45,957 nucleotides of DNA from Nitrospirota bacterium (GCA_035623825.1 DASPSR010000002.1:1-45957), one strand, 5' to 3'; positions 10,499-20,027 are shown, numbered from the stretch's first letter. Notes: generated by a model from the letters alone, not told the origin. Translations and numbers: made by a program.

Positions 10499-10530
10499 AC
10501 AGTTAGCATGCGAACTGTAGATGCTAACAG
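10499..10530. promoter_or_regulatory. Palindromic operator, putative site of the MerR-family regulator
   Basis: ACAGTTAGCA-TGCGAACTGT (10499-10518, one mismatched pair) overlapping TTAACA, plus an extra inverted half-site ATGCTAACAG (10521-30). Confidence 0.7.
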
Positions 10531-10550
10531 AAGTAATGGGAGGGGATATT

Positions 10551-11528
10551 ATGAAAAGCAATAAGAGAGCAAAGACAGAAGCAAACGTGTTCGGAGATTA
10601 TTTGGGCACGCTTTCCCTTGGAGAGCCTCTGTCCTATGAGAACATGACGGTGTTCCCGGTCTTCACGGCCAGTCCGCAGCACAACGGCTATATGCTCCTT
10701 GACGAGGCGGTAAGGAGCGGCAGGTTCACGGTCACCGAGGTGACGGAGGGAGGCAGCGTTCCGAACCTTAAGGTCGTCAACGACCTCGACAGCGACGTCC
10801 TGATCCTGGACGGCGATATCCTCGTGGGCGCCAAGCAGAACCGCTCGGTCACCACGACGATCATCATCGCGAAGAAGACGACAAGCGTGATAAACGTGAA
10901 CTGCGTGGAGCATGGGCGTTGGTCATACAAGGGCCGATCCTTCGAGGCGGGAGAGCTGCCGGTATACTCCAAGCTCAGGGCTGCCAAGGCTAAGTCCGTG
11001 ACCATGAACCTCAAGGGCAGCCGGGGATTTGTTGCAGACCAAGGCGCGGTGTGGAACGATATTTCCATGAAGGCTGCCAGCTTTTCGAAGAATGATGCCG
11101 CTTTCAAACCGAGCAGCACCGGCGCGGCGGATGAACTGTACTCCTCTTACGAAGAGCGGATCAGAGGTTACGAGGAGGCATTTGGCCTTAAGCCCGACCA
11201 GGTGGGCTTCGTCGTGCTGATAAGCGGCAAGGTCGCTGGATGCGATATCTTCGGAAACCCGGGTGTTTTCCTGCGGGTCTATTCCAAGGGTATCAAGTCC
11301 TACATTCTGGACGCGATCGAGCAGGCGTTCATGAACAAGAAGTCTGCCGAAGCAGAAGAGCCAAAGCGGGAGGCGTCATCGTTCCTGGCTGGCATCGGGA
11401 AGCTAAAGATTGAGGCATTTCCTTCCACGGGGAAGGGCATAAACGTCAGGTTTGAAGGGCAAGCCTCGAATGGCTTTGCCGCCCTTGATGGCGATCAGGT
11501 GGTGCATGTGGCTGCATTCCGGAGCTAA
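10551..11528 (+). CDS. ARPP-1 / DUF6569 family protein
   Basis: LLDEA...VTEV..GGSVP.L.V.N...VLILDGD.LVGAKQNR...V.CVE.GRW...Q..VW motif string; ATG 10551 after GGGAGGGG. Confidence 0.8.
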   Translation: MKSNKRAKTEANVFGDYLGTLSLGEPLSYENMTVFPVFTASPQHNGYMLLDEAVRSGRFTVTEVTEGGSVPNLKVVNDLDSDVLILDGDILVGAKQNRSVTTTIIIAKKTTSVINVNCVEHGRWSYKGRSFEAGELPVYSKLRAAKAKSVTMNLKGSRGFVADQGAVWNDISMKAASFSKNDAAFKPSSTGAADELYSSYEERIRGYEEAFGLKPDQVGFVVLISGKVAGCDIFGNPGVFLRVYSKGIKSYILDAIEQAFMNKKSAEAEEPKREASSFLAGIGKLKIEAFPSTGKGINVRFEGQASNGFAALDGDQVVHVAAFRS

Positions 11529-11624
11529 AGCGAACCGCAGGGACCTCGCGGGGCCTTGGGAATCGATGGCCCTCGCGAGGCGGACCTGTCATCGTCGCTG
11601 AGCAAGAAGAAGGGGGTGCGGATT

Positions 11625-11834
11625 ATGAAGAAGACCTATGAACAGATGGTGGATGAGCAGTTAGACCTTCAGATTGAGCGCGGCGGCAAATTCAATTTTC
11701 ATGATGCCGCCATGGAGATAATCGAGCGCGAGGGCTTAGATGGGGAGGCGGTTTACGAGCTCTGCTTCGAGCTCCTCTGTCAGACAATGGCACGGGGTTC
11801 CATGCCCCAGAGCGTCCCGAGCAAGAGGAGGTGA
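11625..11834 (+). CDS. Small hypothetical protein (69 aa)
   Basis: ATG after AAGGGGGTG; natural-looking helical acidic sequence, codon style like the upstream gene. Confidence 0.55.
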   Translation: MKKTYEQMVDEQLDLQIERGGKFNFHDAAMEIIEREGLDGEAVYELCFELLCQTMARGSMPQSVPSKRR

Positions 11835-12080
11835 TCATTTCTCCCGCATTAGAAACAGAATCGTAGCCGGCGATATGCATTTTAGCCCGTTAGTAACGCT
11901 ATCACAAATGTAAACAACTGCTCAGGTCAAAGCCCGGCGATAAGAGCATGACCGAGCGAAAAGCATGTCGAAATGTGAAGAGGGATAACAGGACATTAGA
12001 TCCAACTGCAAAGTTAAAATTTCGAGGTAACTGACACGCTATTGTCGTAGATCAGTGTTATCCTTCTTGGGAAGGAAGGT

Positions 12081-12554
12081 GTGGCCATGCTGGTGAAGCA
12101 AGATGTATTAGAACAAGCTGTGCTTCAAGAAGCACATAAAGCTCATGCTGATTTCAAGCGAGATGGGCACGTTGAAACGCAGGTCTTGATCTACAGTCGC
12201 GATATGACCGAATCTGCAACTGTGCACGTATCACAATCCATTGATAACCCCGGACTTTTTCGCGAGATACTCAAGAAAATGGTCGAGCAAGAATCTCCTG
12301 AGGCAGTGTTGACTATCTACCAAGCTGAGGTGCCCGTGAACTATGAAGAGGTCGGATCATTTACAAAGTCTCCGGGGAATCCAAAGAGAAAAATGATCAT
12401 TAGAATAGAGGCTTCATCACCAGTAGCGAATTATGAACTGGTGCTTGTGTACAGAAAACTGGAAGACTGGTATATATTCGAACACGATGTCTGTGTGCCC
12501 GTCGAACGAGGGGGGTGCGCGCATACCCGCGATTTGTGGGGGAGTGTCAATTAA
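12081..12554 (+). CDS. Hypothetical protein
   Basis: 157-aa ORF with RBS AAGGAAGG; no family recognised. Confidence 0.6.
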   Translation: MAMLVKQDVLEQAVLQEAHKAHADFKRDGHVETQVLIYSRDMTESATVHVSQSIDNPGLFREILKKMVEQESPEAVLTIYQAEVPVNYEEVGSFTKSPGNPKRKMIIRIEASSPVANYELVLVYRKLEDWYIFEHDVCVPVERGGCAHTRDLWGSVN

Positions 12555-12608
12555 ATCTAGGATCCCAAAGGAGGCTTTATTCCATTATAATTATTATAGA
12601 GGCAGGAG

Positions 12609-13283
12609 ATGTGCGGACGGTTCGAAATCCATAGCACGCTGGAGATCATAGCGAAGGTATTCGGAATTGGCTCGATAACTTTTGATTATCAGCCGAGCTA
12701 CAATATCGCGCCGAGCCAGGATATACTTCTCGTTGTGAATGACGGCGAGAGGCGATTAATAAAGTCACGATGGGGATTCGTGCCGTCCTGGTCAAAAGAG
12801 TTAACTGCCGGATATAAGATGATCAATGCGCGTGCTGAGTCTGTTGCGGAGAAGCCCAGTTTCAGGGAAGCATTTCAGCGCCAGCGGTGCTTGGTGGTGG
12901 CTGACGGTTTCTATGAATGGAAAAAAGAGGGAGCTAAAAAACGGCCATTTTACATCCGGCTGAAATCCGGGAATCCCCTTGCATTTGTCGGCCTCTATAA
13001 CGTCTGGAAGTCGCCTGAAGGGGAGCAAATCTGTACCAGCACGATTATTACCACCGATGCAAATGAAATAGTCCGGCCACTTCATGATCGAATGCCGGTC
13101 ATAGCGCCTCCTGATGCATACGACGTGTGGCTTGATCCCGATGTTCACGACAAGGCCCTTCTGCAAAATATCCTGAAACCATATCCGTCGGCAGAACTGG
13201 ATGTTTACGAGGTGTCGCCAAAAGTCAACTCACCCAAAAATAATGCTCCGGAAAATATTCAAAAAGTGCCAGAGAAGCCATGA
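12609..13283 (+). CDS. SRAP / YedK-HMCES abasic-site processing protein
   Basis: N-terminal MCGRF (catalytic Cys2), YNIAP, INARAE, GFYEW, HDRMP. Confidence 0.95.
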   Translation: MCGRFEIHSTLEIIAKVFGIGSITFDYQPSYNIAPSQDILLVVNDGERRLIKSRWGFVPSWSKELTAGYKMINARAESVAEKPSFREAFQRQRCLVVADGFYEWKKEGAKKRPFYIRLKSGNPLAFVGLYNVWKSPEGEQICTSTIITTDANEIVRPLHDRMPVIAPPDAYDVWLDPDVHDKALLQNILKPYPSAELDVYEVSPKVNSPKNNAPENIQKVPEKP

Positions 13284-13613
13284 ATTAAAACAAAGTGGAT
13301 GATCGTGCGTTGTTTTTTAGCGTGCATTTGGCCTGCAAAAATCCCCTACTATAGTTCGCAATAATTTCACATCTCCGAAACCTCATGTTCCCTGTTGAAA
13401 CTGTCCGGTATGCAAGATTTTAGAGGATTCATCACATGCGTGCCGAATTGATTGCGGTAAGCCACCGAAGTTCATTCCCCCCCGATAAGAGAAATGATAC
13501 CTGACGAGCGATCATAACCCTGTCCATTTGCATTCCTGACAACAATAACCGGCTGTTCTCACAACTGCAAATCAGCTCAAGAGTTTTTTTTCATGACTTC
13601 AAGCAGTTACATG

Positions 13614-13630
13614 TTGGCATGCAATCTGCA
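13614..13630 (+). promoter_or_regulatory. sigma54 (-24/-12) promoter
   Basis: TTGGCATGCAATCTGCA with exact GG-N10-GC spacing, about 40 nt before a gene with AAGGAGG. Confidence 0.75.
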
Positions 13631-13668
13631 ACTCCCCAGGTAAGGCAGAACGAAAGGAGGACTCAAAA

Positions 13669-13974
13669 ATGTTATCCACTCTTTCAAGAAAAACAGCATA
13701 CATCGGGACAGGTGCAGGACTGGTGCTCTTTGCCATCTTCGGTCTTCTTCCCAGCAGTCTGATAGGCGGTGCAGCAGGAATTAAACTGTCTGGTCTATTC
13801 TTCGGACTTCCACTTGACCCGAGCATCGTGTCCCGCGCGATAGTACTTGTCTCCATGCTTGCTGGCGTCGTGTTCGCCGGAATTATGATTGTCGCTGCCA
13901 CGTCCACCCTGGGATGGCTAGTGGGCAGAGTTCTTGAGGGATCTCCGCAGACAAAGACTTCAGGAGTTGCATAA
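13669..13974 (+). CDS. Small Gly-rich membrane protein
   Basis: Strong RBS AAGGAGG; 2-3 hydrophobic segments (AYIGTGAGLVLFAIFGLLP). Confidence 0.8.
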   Translation: MLSTLSRKTAYIGTGAGLVLFAIFGLLPSSLIGGAAGIKLSGLFFGLPLDPSIVSRAIVLVSMLAGVVFAGIMIVAATSTLGWLVGRVLEGSPQTKTSGVA

Positions 13975-14215
13975 AATCAAGCCGGACCTGTGCGCAAATG
14001 CTGGGTCCCATGCGGATCATGGAACAGCTGAATAATCGCAATCCCTCAGAGCCGTAAGCCGTTCGCTCCTCAGCCACTGGACTCATCTCAAATTCAAGGA
14101 TATACTTTAGATATACGTTATAAACGTATATATTCCATCCCTCGATATATTGCTGAACATGCTGAACCTGGTCATGGTCGAAATGGACAGTACGACAACC
14201 GCTGGGGAGGCGCCC

Positions 14216-14653
14216 ATGTCAATTGATATGAGAGTTCTGCATAATGGTGTCGGGATATTATATCTCTGCCGGGGTAGGATTAACGGGAAAGACTTCATTG
14301 ACGCTAACAGGCGACTTCTCGCGCTTAGTGATAGTTTAAAACAGGCGAGATATGGACTCATTGATGAAACCGGAATTGATGACGTTAGGATGTCAGAGTC
14401 GGAAATGTTAACAATCGTTGCGCAAAGTAAGAAGATAGCTGCCATTGTACCTCCGGGTGCTGTCGTCGCCGTAATAGCCAAAGATGATTTTGCTCTGGGC
14501 CTTGCGCGCATGTGGGGATCATTCATTGAGCATACTGGTTGGGAGACAATGACATTCAGAACGAGATGGAAGGCAAAAAACTGGATCGTCGAAAAAGTCA
14601 AAGCGAACTTTGGAATTGATTTATTTTTTGATAACGGAATAGTCGTCGGTTAG
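14216..14653 (+). CDS. Hypothetical protein, SpoIIAA/STAS-SEC14-like alpha/beta fold
   Basis: RBS GGGGAGG; VAVIA.DD...GLARMW...FR....A..W pattern typical of SpoIIAA-like proteins. Confidence 0.6.
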   Translation: MSIDMRVLHNGVGILYLCRGRINGKDFIDANRRLLALSDSLKQARYGLIDETGIDDVRMSESEMLTIVAQSKKIAAIVPPGAVVAVIAKDDFALGLARMWGSFIEHTGWETMTFRTRWKAKNWIVEKVKANFGIDLFFDNGIVVG

Positions 14654-14745
14654 TGGTAGAAAGCAAGAGACGGCATTGATTTCAAATTAATCTCTACGTT
14701 GACGAAACCGCGAATATTTTCGATGAGTGTACATCACCTTTTTTG

Positions 14746-14786
14746 ATGTTCACTGTATTCTCTGTAGACAGTGAACATATTGTTTT
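14746..14786. terminator. 11-bp perfect inverted repeat (terminator or operator)
   Basis: ATGTTCACTGT-N11-ACAGTGAACAT followed by ATTGTTTTT. Confidence 0.45.
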
Positions 14787-14994
14787 TCCCCTATTGCTCA
14801 ACACCCAGGCAATTTATGTTCGGCGCGGCATTCTTGGCTTTGCTTTGCAATGCCTTGAGGAATAATGTTTTTCTGTTGTTTATTTTGGGGTAGAACTCAT
14901 TTTTGAAAACAATCTGCGGACCAGAGACGATGTAATGTAATAAATTGCAACGATAACACTGGTGGTCATCACTGAACAAGGGGGAGAGCCGTTT

Positions 14995-15804
14995 ATGAAC
15001 AGGAAACGAGCCATCATCTTGATCAGTTTTTGCATCCTGGCATTAGTTGCTTTATTCTATGTGACAGAAATCAGCTTTCAGAATCCCAAGAATTGTGCCG
15101 CTTGTCATTATATAGTTCCCTATTACAAAAAATGGAAAACCTCGACGCATAAGATGGTGCCCTGCCTGAAGTGCCATGAATACACCCCTGAGCAGGCCCT
15201 TGCGGGACAGTTCATGTTTTTGGCCGCTGTGGACACGCCCCGCCCCTTCGCGAACGTTCCGGACAAGAACTGTCTTCAGGATGGATGCCACGACAAGCGG
15301 CTGGTCATATCAAAAGTGACGTTCACGAAGAAAGGCGTCAGCTTTGATCACATGCTGCACCTCACAGAGATAAAGCGCGGGATAAAACTGCACTGCAGAA
15401 GCTGCCATTCGGATATCATCCAGGGAGAGCATCTCAAGGTTTCGATGAACGTATGTTATCTCTGCCATTTCAAAGGCGTTGCCCGTGATGAGGCCAAGTC
15501 CAGATGCCTGTCATGCCATTCGGCGCCGACGAAGCCTGTCGTCTACAAGGGAAGAACCTTCTCCCATGAGGCGGCTTTGAATGCCGGCAATAAATGCGGC
15601 ACATGTCACCAGGAGGTCACAAAAGGCGACGGATTGACGCCCAAGGATAAATGCTACTTCTGCCACGTAGACAGGGCAGAGACATATTCCGATGTAAGGC
15701 TGCTTCACGACAAACATGTCACAGAGAAACAGATCGACTGCCTGTATTGCCACCGCAAGATAGAGCACGGCAAGATAAAAATGGCAGTAAAGATGCCGAC
15801 TTAG
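14995..15804 (+). CDS. Membrane-anchored multiheme c-type cytochrome (9 predicted hemes)
   Basis: N-terminal TM helix; 8 CxxCH plus one CX4CH (CLQDGCH); NapC/NirT-like start (C..CH...YY..W..S.H). Confidence 0.9.
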   Translation: MNRKRAIILISFCILALVALFYVTEISFQNPKNCAACHYIVPYYKKWKTSTHKMVPCLKCHEYTPEQALAGQFMFLAAVDTPRPFANVPDKNCLQDGCHDKRLVISKVTFTKKGVSFDHMLHLTEIKRGIKLHCRSCHSDIIQGEHLKVSMNVCYLCHFKGVARDEAKSRCLSCHSAPTKPVVYKGRTFSHEAALNAGNKCGTCHQEVTKGDGLTPKDKCYFCHVDRAETYSDVRLLHDKHVTEKQIDCLYCHRKIEHGKIKMAVKMPT

Positions 15805-16041
15805 AGTTTATCAATGACAGCATAGCGGCTGCCCACCGTCTCCGCCTGTTTCTTCCGGTAATCTGCGGTAGTTTCAATATCTTGAAACGTTAATTCATCA
15901 TCAATTACTTCGTAAAGATACCCTAAAAATACCCTGAAATTAACCTTTACTTCATATTTGTCATCTGATATCTTTAAATTAATTACTACTTTATTATTAC
16001 TTACTGCTTTTTTAAATGTCTCTGTAATTAGGGTAAATATT

Positions 16042-16659
16042 ATGCTGCATCAAAAAGCTAAACAGATAGGCCGAACTTTGATGCTGTTCGTGTTCATGGC
16101 CATATCGATTTCATGGTCGACTTCGTTTGCTATGCCGGTTGTGACCTACACAGTGAACGGTTCAGCAAATAATTGGACCCTGGATTTCAGTTTGACAAAT
16201 AATCTGGGAGGATCAAATTTAATTTATTTTTTTGGTTTGGAACTCCCAGCGCGCGACATCATTGGAACTCCAGCTGGTTGGTATCCTGACGCATGGAAGT
16301 CTTGGAATAATCATGCGTACGGCGGCTCCAATATTGCTTATAATGACGTATGGATAAATGAAAATCTCTTTGTTGACCATGCAAATTTTATTTCTGATGG
16401 ACAAACATTGAGTGGATTTAGTGTACTTGATACCAGAGATTTGGTTGCTCCGACATCGGTTAATTGGTTTGCTTATGGAAAGTTCGGTACTTACGGAGGG
16501 GGTGATAATTTTAATAGTTCGTTTAATCCAGGTTTTGAAGGTATTACATCGGATCCCTCAACAGCCGTCCCAGAACCCTCCACCATCCTTCTCATCACTG
16601 CAGGCCTTGCGGGGATTGTATTCCTGCGGAGAAAAAAATTAATTAATCACAATCAGTAG
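16042..16659 (+). CDS. PEP-CTERM sorting domain surface protein
   Basis: Signal peptide ending SFA; C-terminal VPEPSTILLITAGLAGIVFLRRKK; start uncertain (16042 or 16081). Confidence 0.9.
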   Translation: MLHQKAKQIGRTLMLFVFMAISISWSTSFAMPVVTYTVNGSANNWTLDFSLTNNLGGSNLIYFFGLELPARDIIGTPAGWYPDAWKSWNNHAYGGSNIAYNDVWINENLFVDHANFISDGQTLSGFSVLDTRDLVAPTSVNWFAYGKFGTYGGGDNFNSSFNPGFEGITSDPSTAVPEPSTILLITAGLAGIVFLRRKKLINHNQ

Positions 16660-16941
16660 TAAAGACAAAACTTTTAAAAAGGACGTATAACTTCATCTGC
16701 GTTTGGGCGAATGCACAACGGGGTTGCCTTGTTGCGCTACAGAAGATCCTCTACGAGCAGGAACATGCCGCTGGTTTCGTCCGCGCAAACCTTCAAGGTA
16801 TGTGCCACCCGCCGAGGTATTTTATGCGCATTGCAGAAGTGCTTCAATCTACGCATCAGGAAGATCAGCCGTCCTGATTATAGCTGGACAAATCGTGTTA
16901 GGATTACCATCGTAATTTTGATTACTTGAACATTTCAACAT

Positions 16942-16968
16942 TTGCCGTAATCTGTTATATTACGGCAA
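16942..16968. promoter_or_regulatory. 10-bp perfect inverted repeat, candidate upstream activator site
   Basis: TTGCCGTAAT-N7-ATTACGGCAA about 200 bp upstream of a sigma54-like promoter. Confidence 0.45.
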
Positions 16969-17172
16969 GATTATTGTAAAAAAACCATTGAAAAGCAAAT
17001 ACTAATGGTGTATATATCTAGATGAAAAAAAACCACCACAATTTGGTGAATTCACCTATATTCAAAATATTTTTCAGATACTTAAGTTTTTCCCTTCATA
17101 ATAGAGACTAATAACCGATTGTAAAATCGATAAAACATAAAAATAATATGACACGTCCTGCAAGGACATAAA

Positions 17173-17188
17173 TGGTATGGTAATTGCT
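17173..17188 (+). promoter_or_regulatory. sigma54 (-24/-12) promoter
   Basis: TGGTATGGTAATTGCT, GG-N10-GC with TTGC at -12. Confidence 0.6.
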
Positions 17189-17339
17189 GTATAACAATGC
17201 GATAACTTTGCTGTTTTTTATCATGATTTCAATAATATTGATGATTACGGGATTAATATGTAGCCTCCTTGGCATGTTATTTTTTTACTGTCGCCAAGAC
17301 TACTTGAAATCAGACATTCGTGAATAGGGGAGTTTCGGG

Positions 17340-19961
17340 ATGCATGCGTTTAGAAAACTGGCATTTGTAATAATCGGTACCTTACTCAGCATCGCTCTTT
17401 TTTCTTGTAGTAGCGGCGGCGGTGGTGGTGGAACTTCTTCAACTGTCGTAACCGGGCGTGTCGTCGATGGGTACGTTGTGGGAGCCACTGTAACTGCCTA
17501 TCAAGTCAATGCTAACGGAACACTGGGCCCCCAAATCGGAACACCCGTTACGACTGATCAAAATGGCGACTATACCCTTAATCTGGGGACTTATACTGGG
17601 CCTGTTTATTTAACCAGTCAGGGCGGAACCTATACCGATTCGGCGACAGGGACTCTAATTGATCTGAACAGTCCTCAATATTCAAACATGATTTTATCTT
17701 CTATCGTGTCAAGTGCATCGGGAAACGTGAATGTCCAGATCAATCCTTTAACTACCATGGCGGCCAACGTGGCGTTGACCTTAGCCAAACAGGGAACCGC
17801 CGTGGCGACCGCGGCGGATAACGCGAACACTCTGATCCAAAATTATTTTGCGATTACGTCGCCTATCTTAAATACGGCATTAGTAAGCTTGAATACGACC
17901 AGCTGCATGATAGGTTATACTCAACCAAGCGCGGATGTTAGTGCGATTCTTGCTGGAATCTCGCAGTTGGCATCAACTAATGGAGTTGGCACAGTTAACA
18001 CGCCTGACCTAGTTCAAGCCCTTATTCAGGATGTGGCCTCAGATGGAAAATTCGATGGCTTAGCCGGCACTACAGCCATTTCTGTGCCCCTGTCATCCGG
18101 AACTGGCACTGTATCATTATCCCAGATTGAAGGGCCCGCGCTGACAAATTTGGCAAGTGCAATCACCACGTTTATGACTAATACTACTACATCCAATATT
18201 TGCCAAGCGACCGTGGACCAGAGCGTTATCTCCGCTCTGTCTAATACGAGTATAATCCAGACCCCCGCTCCTGCTGCGCCGACAGGAGTTACAGCTACTC
18301 CACAACTTGATGGATCTGTCTTGATCAGCTGGAATTCTGTAACGGGTGCAACAGCGTATAATATTTACATGGCAACATCGACGGGTGTAACGCCAAATTC
18401 GACCCAACTGCCAGGGTTCAGGAGCGTACCGAATGTGACCAGTCCCGCTGACATTTCAGGCCCCGCCAATACCTATTATTTTGTAGTGACAGCGGCCACT
18501 GGGACTTATCCATATGAAAACGAAAGCGCACCATCAGCTGAGATATCGGCGTCTATCACAGCCACTGTACTTCCAGCGCTGTGGGCTCAAACCGTATCAG
18601 CTGGAACGGGAACTAGCCAATCGGACTTTAATGGCGTGTCTGTGGCATCGGACGGCTCGGTGTACGCCGCAGGGGATATTTATGGGACCGGCACCTATAA
18701 CTTTGGCAGCGGCGTGATATCCCAAGGGACGTGCACCAGCAGTAACGTCGTACTGGTGAAATACAACAGCTCCGGTGCGGCTCAGTGGGCTCGAACCGTG
18801 ACGGCGGGAAGCGATAAGTCATTATTCAACAGCGTAGCCGTGGCATTAGACGGCTCGGTATATGCCGCGGGATATATCTATGGAACAGGCTCCTATTATT
18901 TCGGCGGCGTGAACATCGCAGGGACGTTTACCGGCAGTAACATTGTACTGGTGAAATACGACAGCACGGGTGTGGCGCAGTGGGCACGAAGCGTGACAGA
19001 GGGAATCAATGTGTCAACATTCAGTAGTGTATCCGTCGCATCTGACGGCTCTGTGTACGCCGCAGGATATATTCAGGGGACCGGCATCTATAATTTCGGT
19101 AACAACGTGACCGCCACATTGACGACAAATGGTAATAGCCCGGTACTGGTGAAGTACGACAGCAATGGCAACGCGCAGTGGGCTCGAACCGTGACGGCGG
19201 GAGTTGATGACTCAACCTTCAATGGCGTATTCGTGGCATCGGATGGCTTTGTGTACGCCGCGGGATATATCAAAGGAACCGGCACCTTTGACTTCGGAAA
19301 CGGCATAGTCTCCGCAGGGACGTACACTGACGGTGGTAACGTTGCACTGGTGAAGTACGACAGCAATGGCAACGCGCAGTGGGCACAAACCGTAATGGCT
19401 GGAACCGGTGACTCATTCTTCACCAGCGTATCAGTGACATTAGACGGCTCGTCGGTATATGCCGCGGGATATATCCAGGGGACCGGCACCTATACTTTCG
19501 GCGGCGTGAACGTCGCAGGAACGAACAGTAGCGGCATTAACGTGGTACTGGTGAAATACAGCAGTTCCAACGGCGCGGTACAGCAGGCTAAAACCGTAAC
19601 GTTGGGAGGTTATGACTCAACATTCAATAGCGTATCTGTGGCATCCGACGGCTCTGTATACGCCGCGGGATTTATTGTTGGAAATGTCTCCTATGGCTTC
19701 GACAGCGTGGCCGCCACAGGAACATCTAGTGGCGAAAACATTGTGCTGGTGAAATACGACAGCACCGGCGTGGCATCGTGGGCCCAAACCGTGACGGCAG
19801 GAACTGGTGATTCATTCTTCATGAGCGTATCTGCCGTAGCACCCAGCGGCTATATATACGCGGCGGGAGATATACTAGGAACCGGTGCCTATAACTTCGG
19901 TAGCGGTGCGACCGCCACAGGGACGTACAATGGCCCTAACATGGTACTAGTGGCATATTAA
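17340..19961 (+). CDS. Large surface lipoprotein with FN3-like domain and C-terminal 7-repeat beta-propeller
   Basis: Lipobox LFSC then Gly/Ser linker; P.APTGVTA...ISW..V.GA..YNIY...YYFVVTA FN3-like module; seven repeats of about 65 aa (WA.TV.AG..S.F..VSV..DGSVYAAG.I.GTG.Y.FG...N.VLVKY). Confidence 0.88.
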   Translation: MHAFRKLAFVIIGTLLSIALFSCSSGGGGGGTSSTVVTGRVVDGYVVGATVTAYQVNANGTLGPQIGTPVTTDQNGDYTLNLGTYTGPVYLTSQGGTYTDSATGTLIDLNSPQYSNMILSSIVSSASGNVNVQINPLTTMAANVALTLAKQGTAVATAADNANTLIQNYFAITSPILNTALVSLNTTSCMIGYTQPSADVSAILAGISQLASTNGVGTVNTPDLVQALIQDVASDGKFDGLAGTTAISVPLSSGTGTVSLSQIEGPALTNLASAITTFMTNTTTSNICQATVDQSVISALSNTSIIQTPAPAAPTGVTATPQLDGSVLISWNSVTGATAYNIYMATSTGVTPNSTQLPGFRSVPNVTSPADISGPANTYYFVVTAATGTYPYENESAPSAEISASITATVLPALWAQTVSAGTGTSQSDFNGVSVASDGSVYAAGDIYGTGTYNFGSGVISQGTCTSSNVVLVKYNSSGAAQWARTVTAGSDKSLFNSVAVALDGSVYAAGYIYGTGSYYFGGVNIAGTFTGSNIVLVKYDSTGVAQWARSVTEGINVSTFSSVSVASDGSVYAAGYIQGTGIYNFGNNVTATLTTNGNSPVLVKYDSNGNAQWARTVTAGVDDSTFNGVFVASDGFVYAAGYIKGTGTFDFGNGIVSAGTYTDGGNVALVKYDSNGNAQWAQTVMAGTGDSFFTSVSVTLDGSSVYAAGYIQGTGTYTFGGVNVAGTNSSGINVVLVKYSSSNGAVQQAKTVTLGGYDSTFNSVSVASDGSVYAAGFIVGNVSYGFDSVAATGTSSGENIVLVKYDSTGVASWAQTVTAGTGDSFFMSVSAVAPSGYIYAAGDILGTGAYNFGSGATATGTYNGPNMVLVAY

Positions 19962-20027
19962 GATTTGGTTTTATGCGGTAAACCTCACATGACTTTGCAT
20001 ATGTAACCGAAGATAGGTATGTTACTT

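Noticed and set aside
12560-12608. LexA/SOS box upstream of SRAP
   Set aside because: No recognisable LexA motif; only AT-rich -10-like sequence
16703-16929. Short ORFs between the PEP-CTERM and lipoprotein genes
   Set aside because: No RBS or recognisable motif in any frame examined
17033-17048. CCACCACAATTTGGTG as an NrdR box
   Set aside because: Only a partial match, single copy, no ribonucleotide reductase gene nearby
18580-19961. Tandem repeats of about 195 nt as a CRISPR array or DGR template/variable pair
   Set aside because: In-frame protein repeats; no constant repeat with unique spacers, no cas or reverse transcriptase gene, differences not adenine-specific by eye
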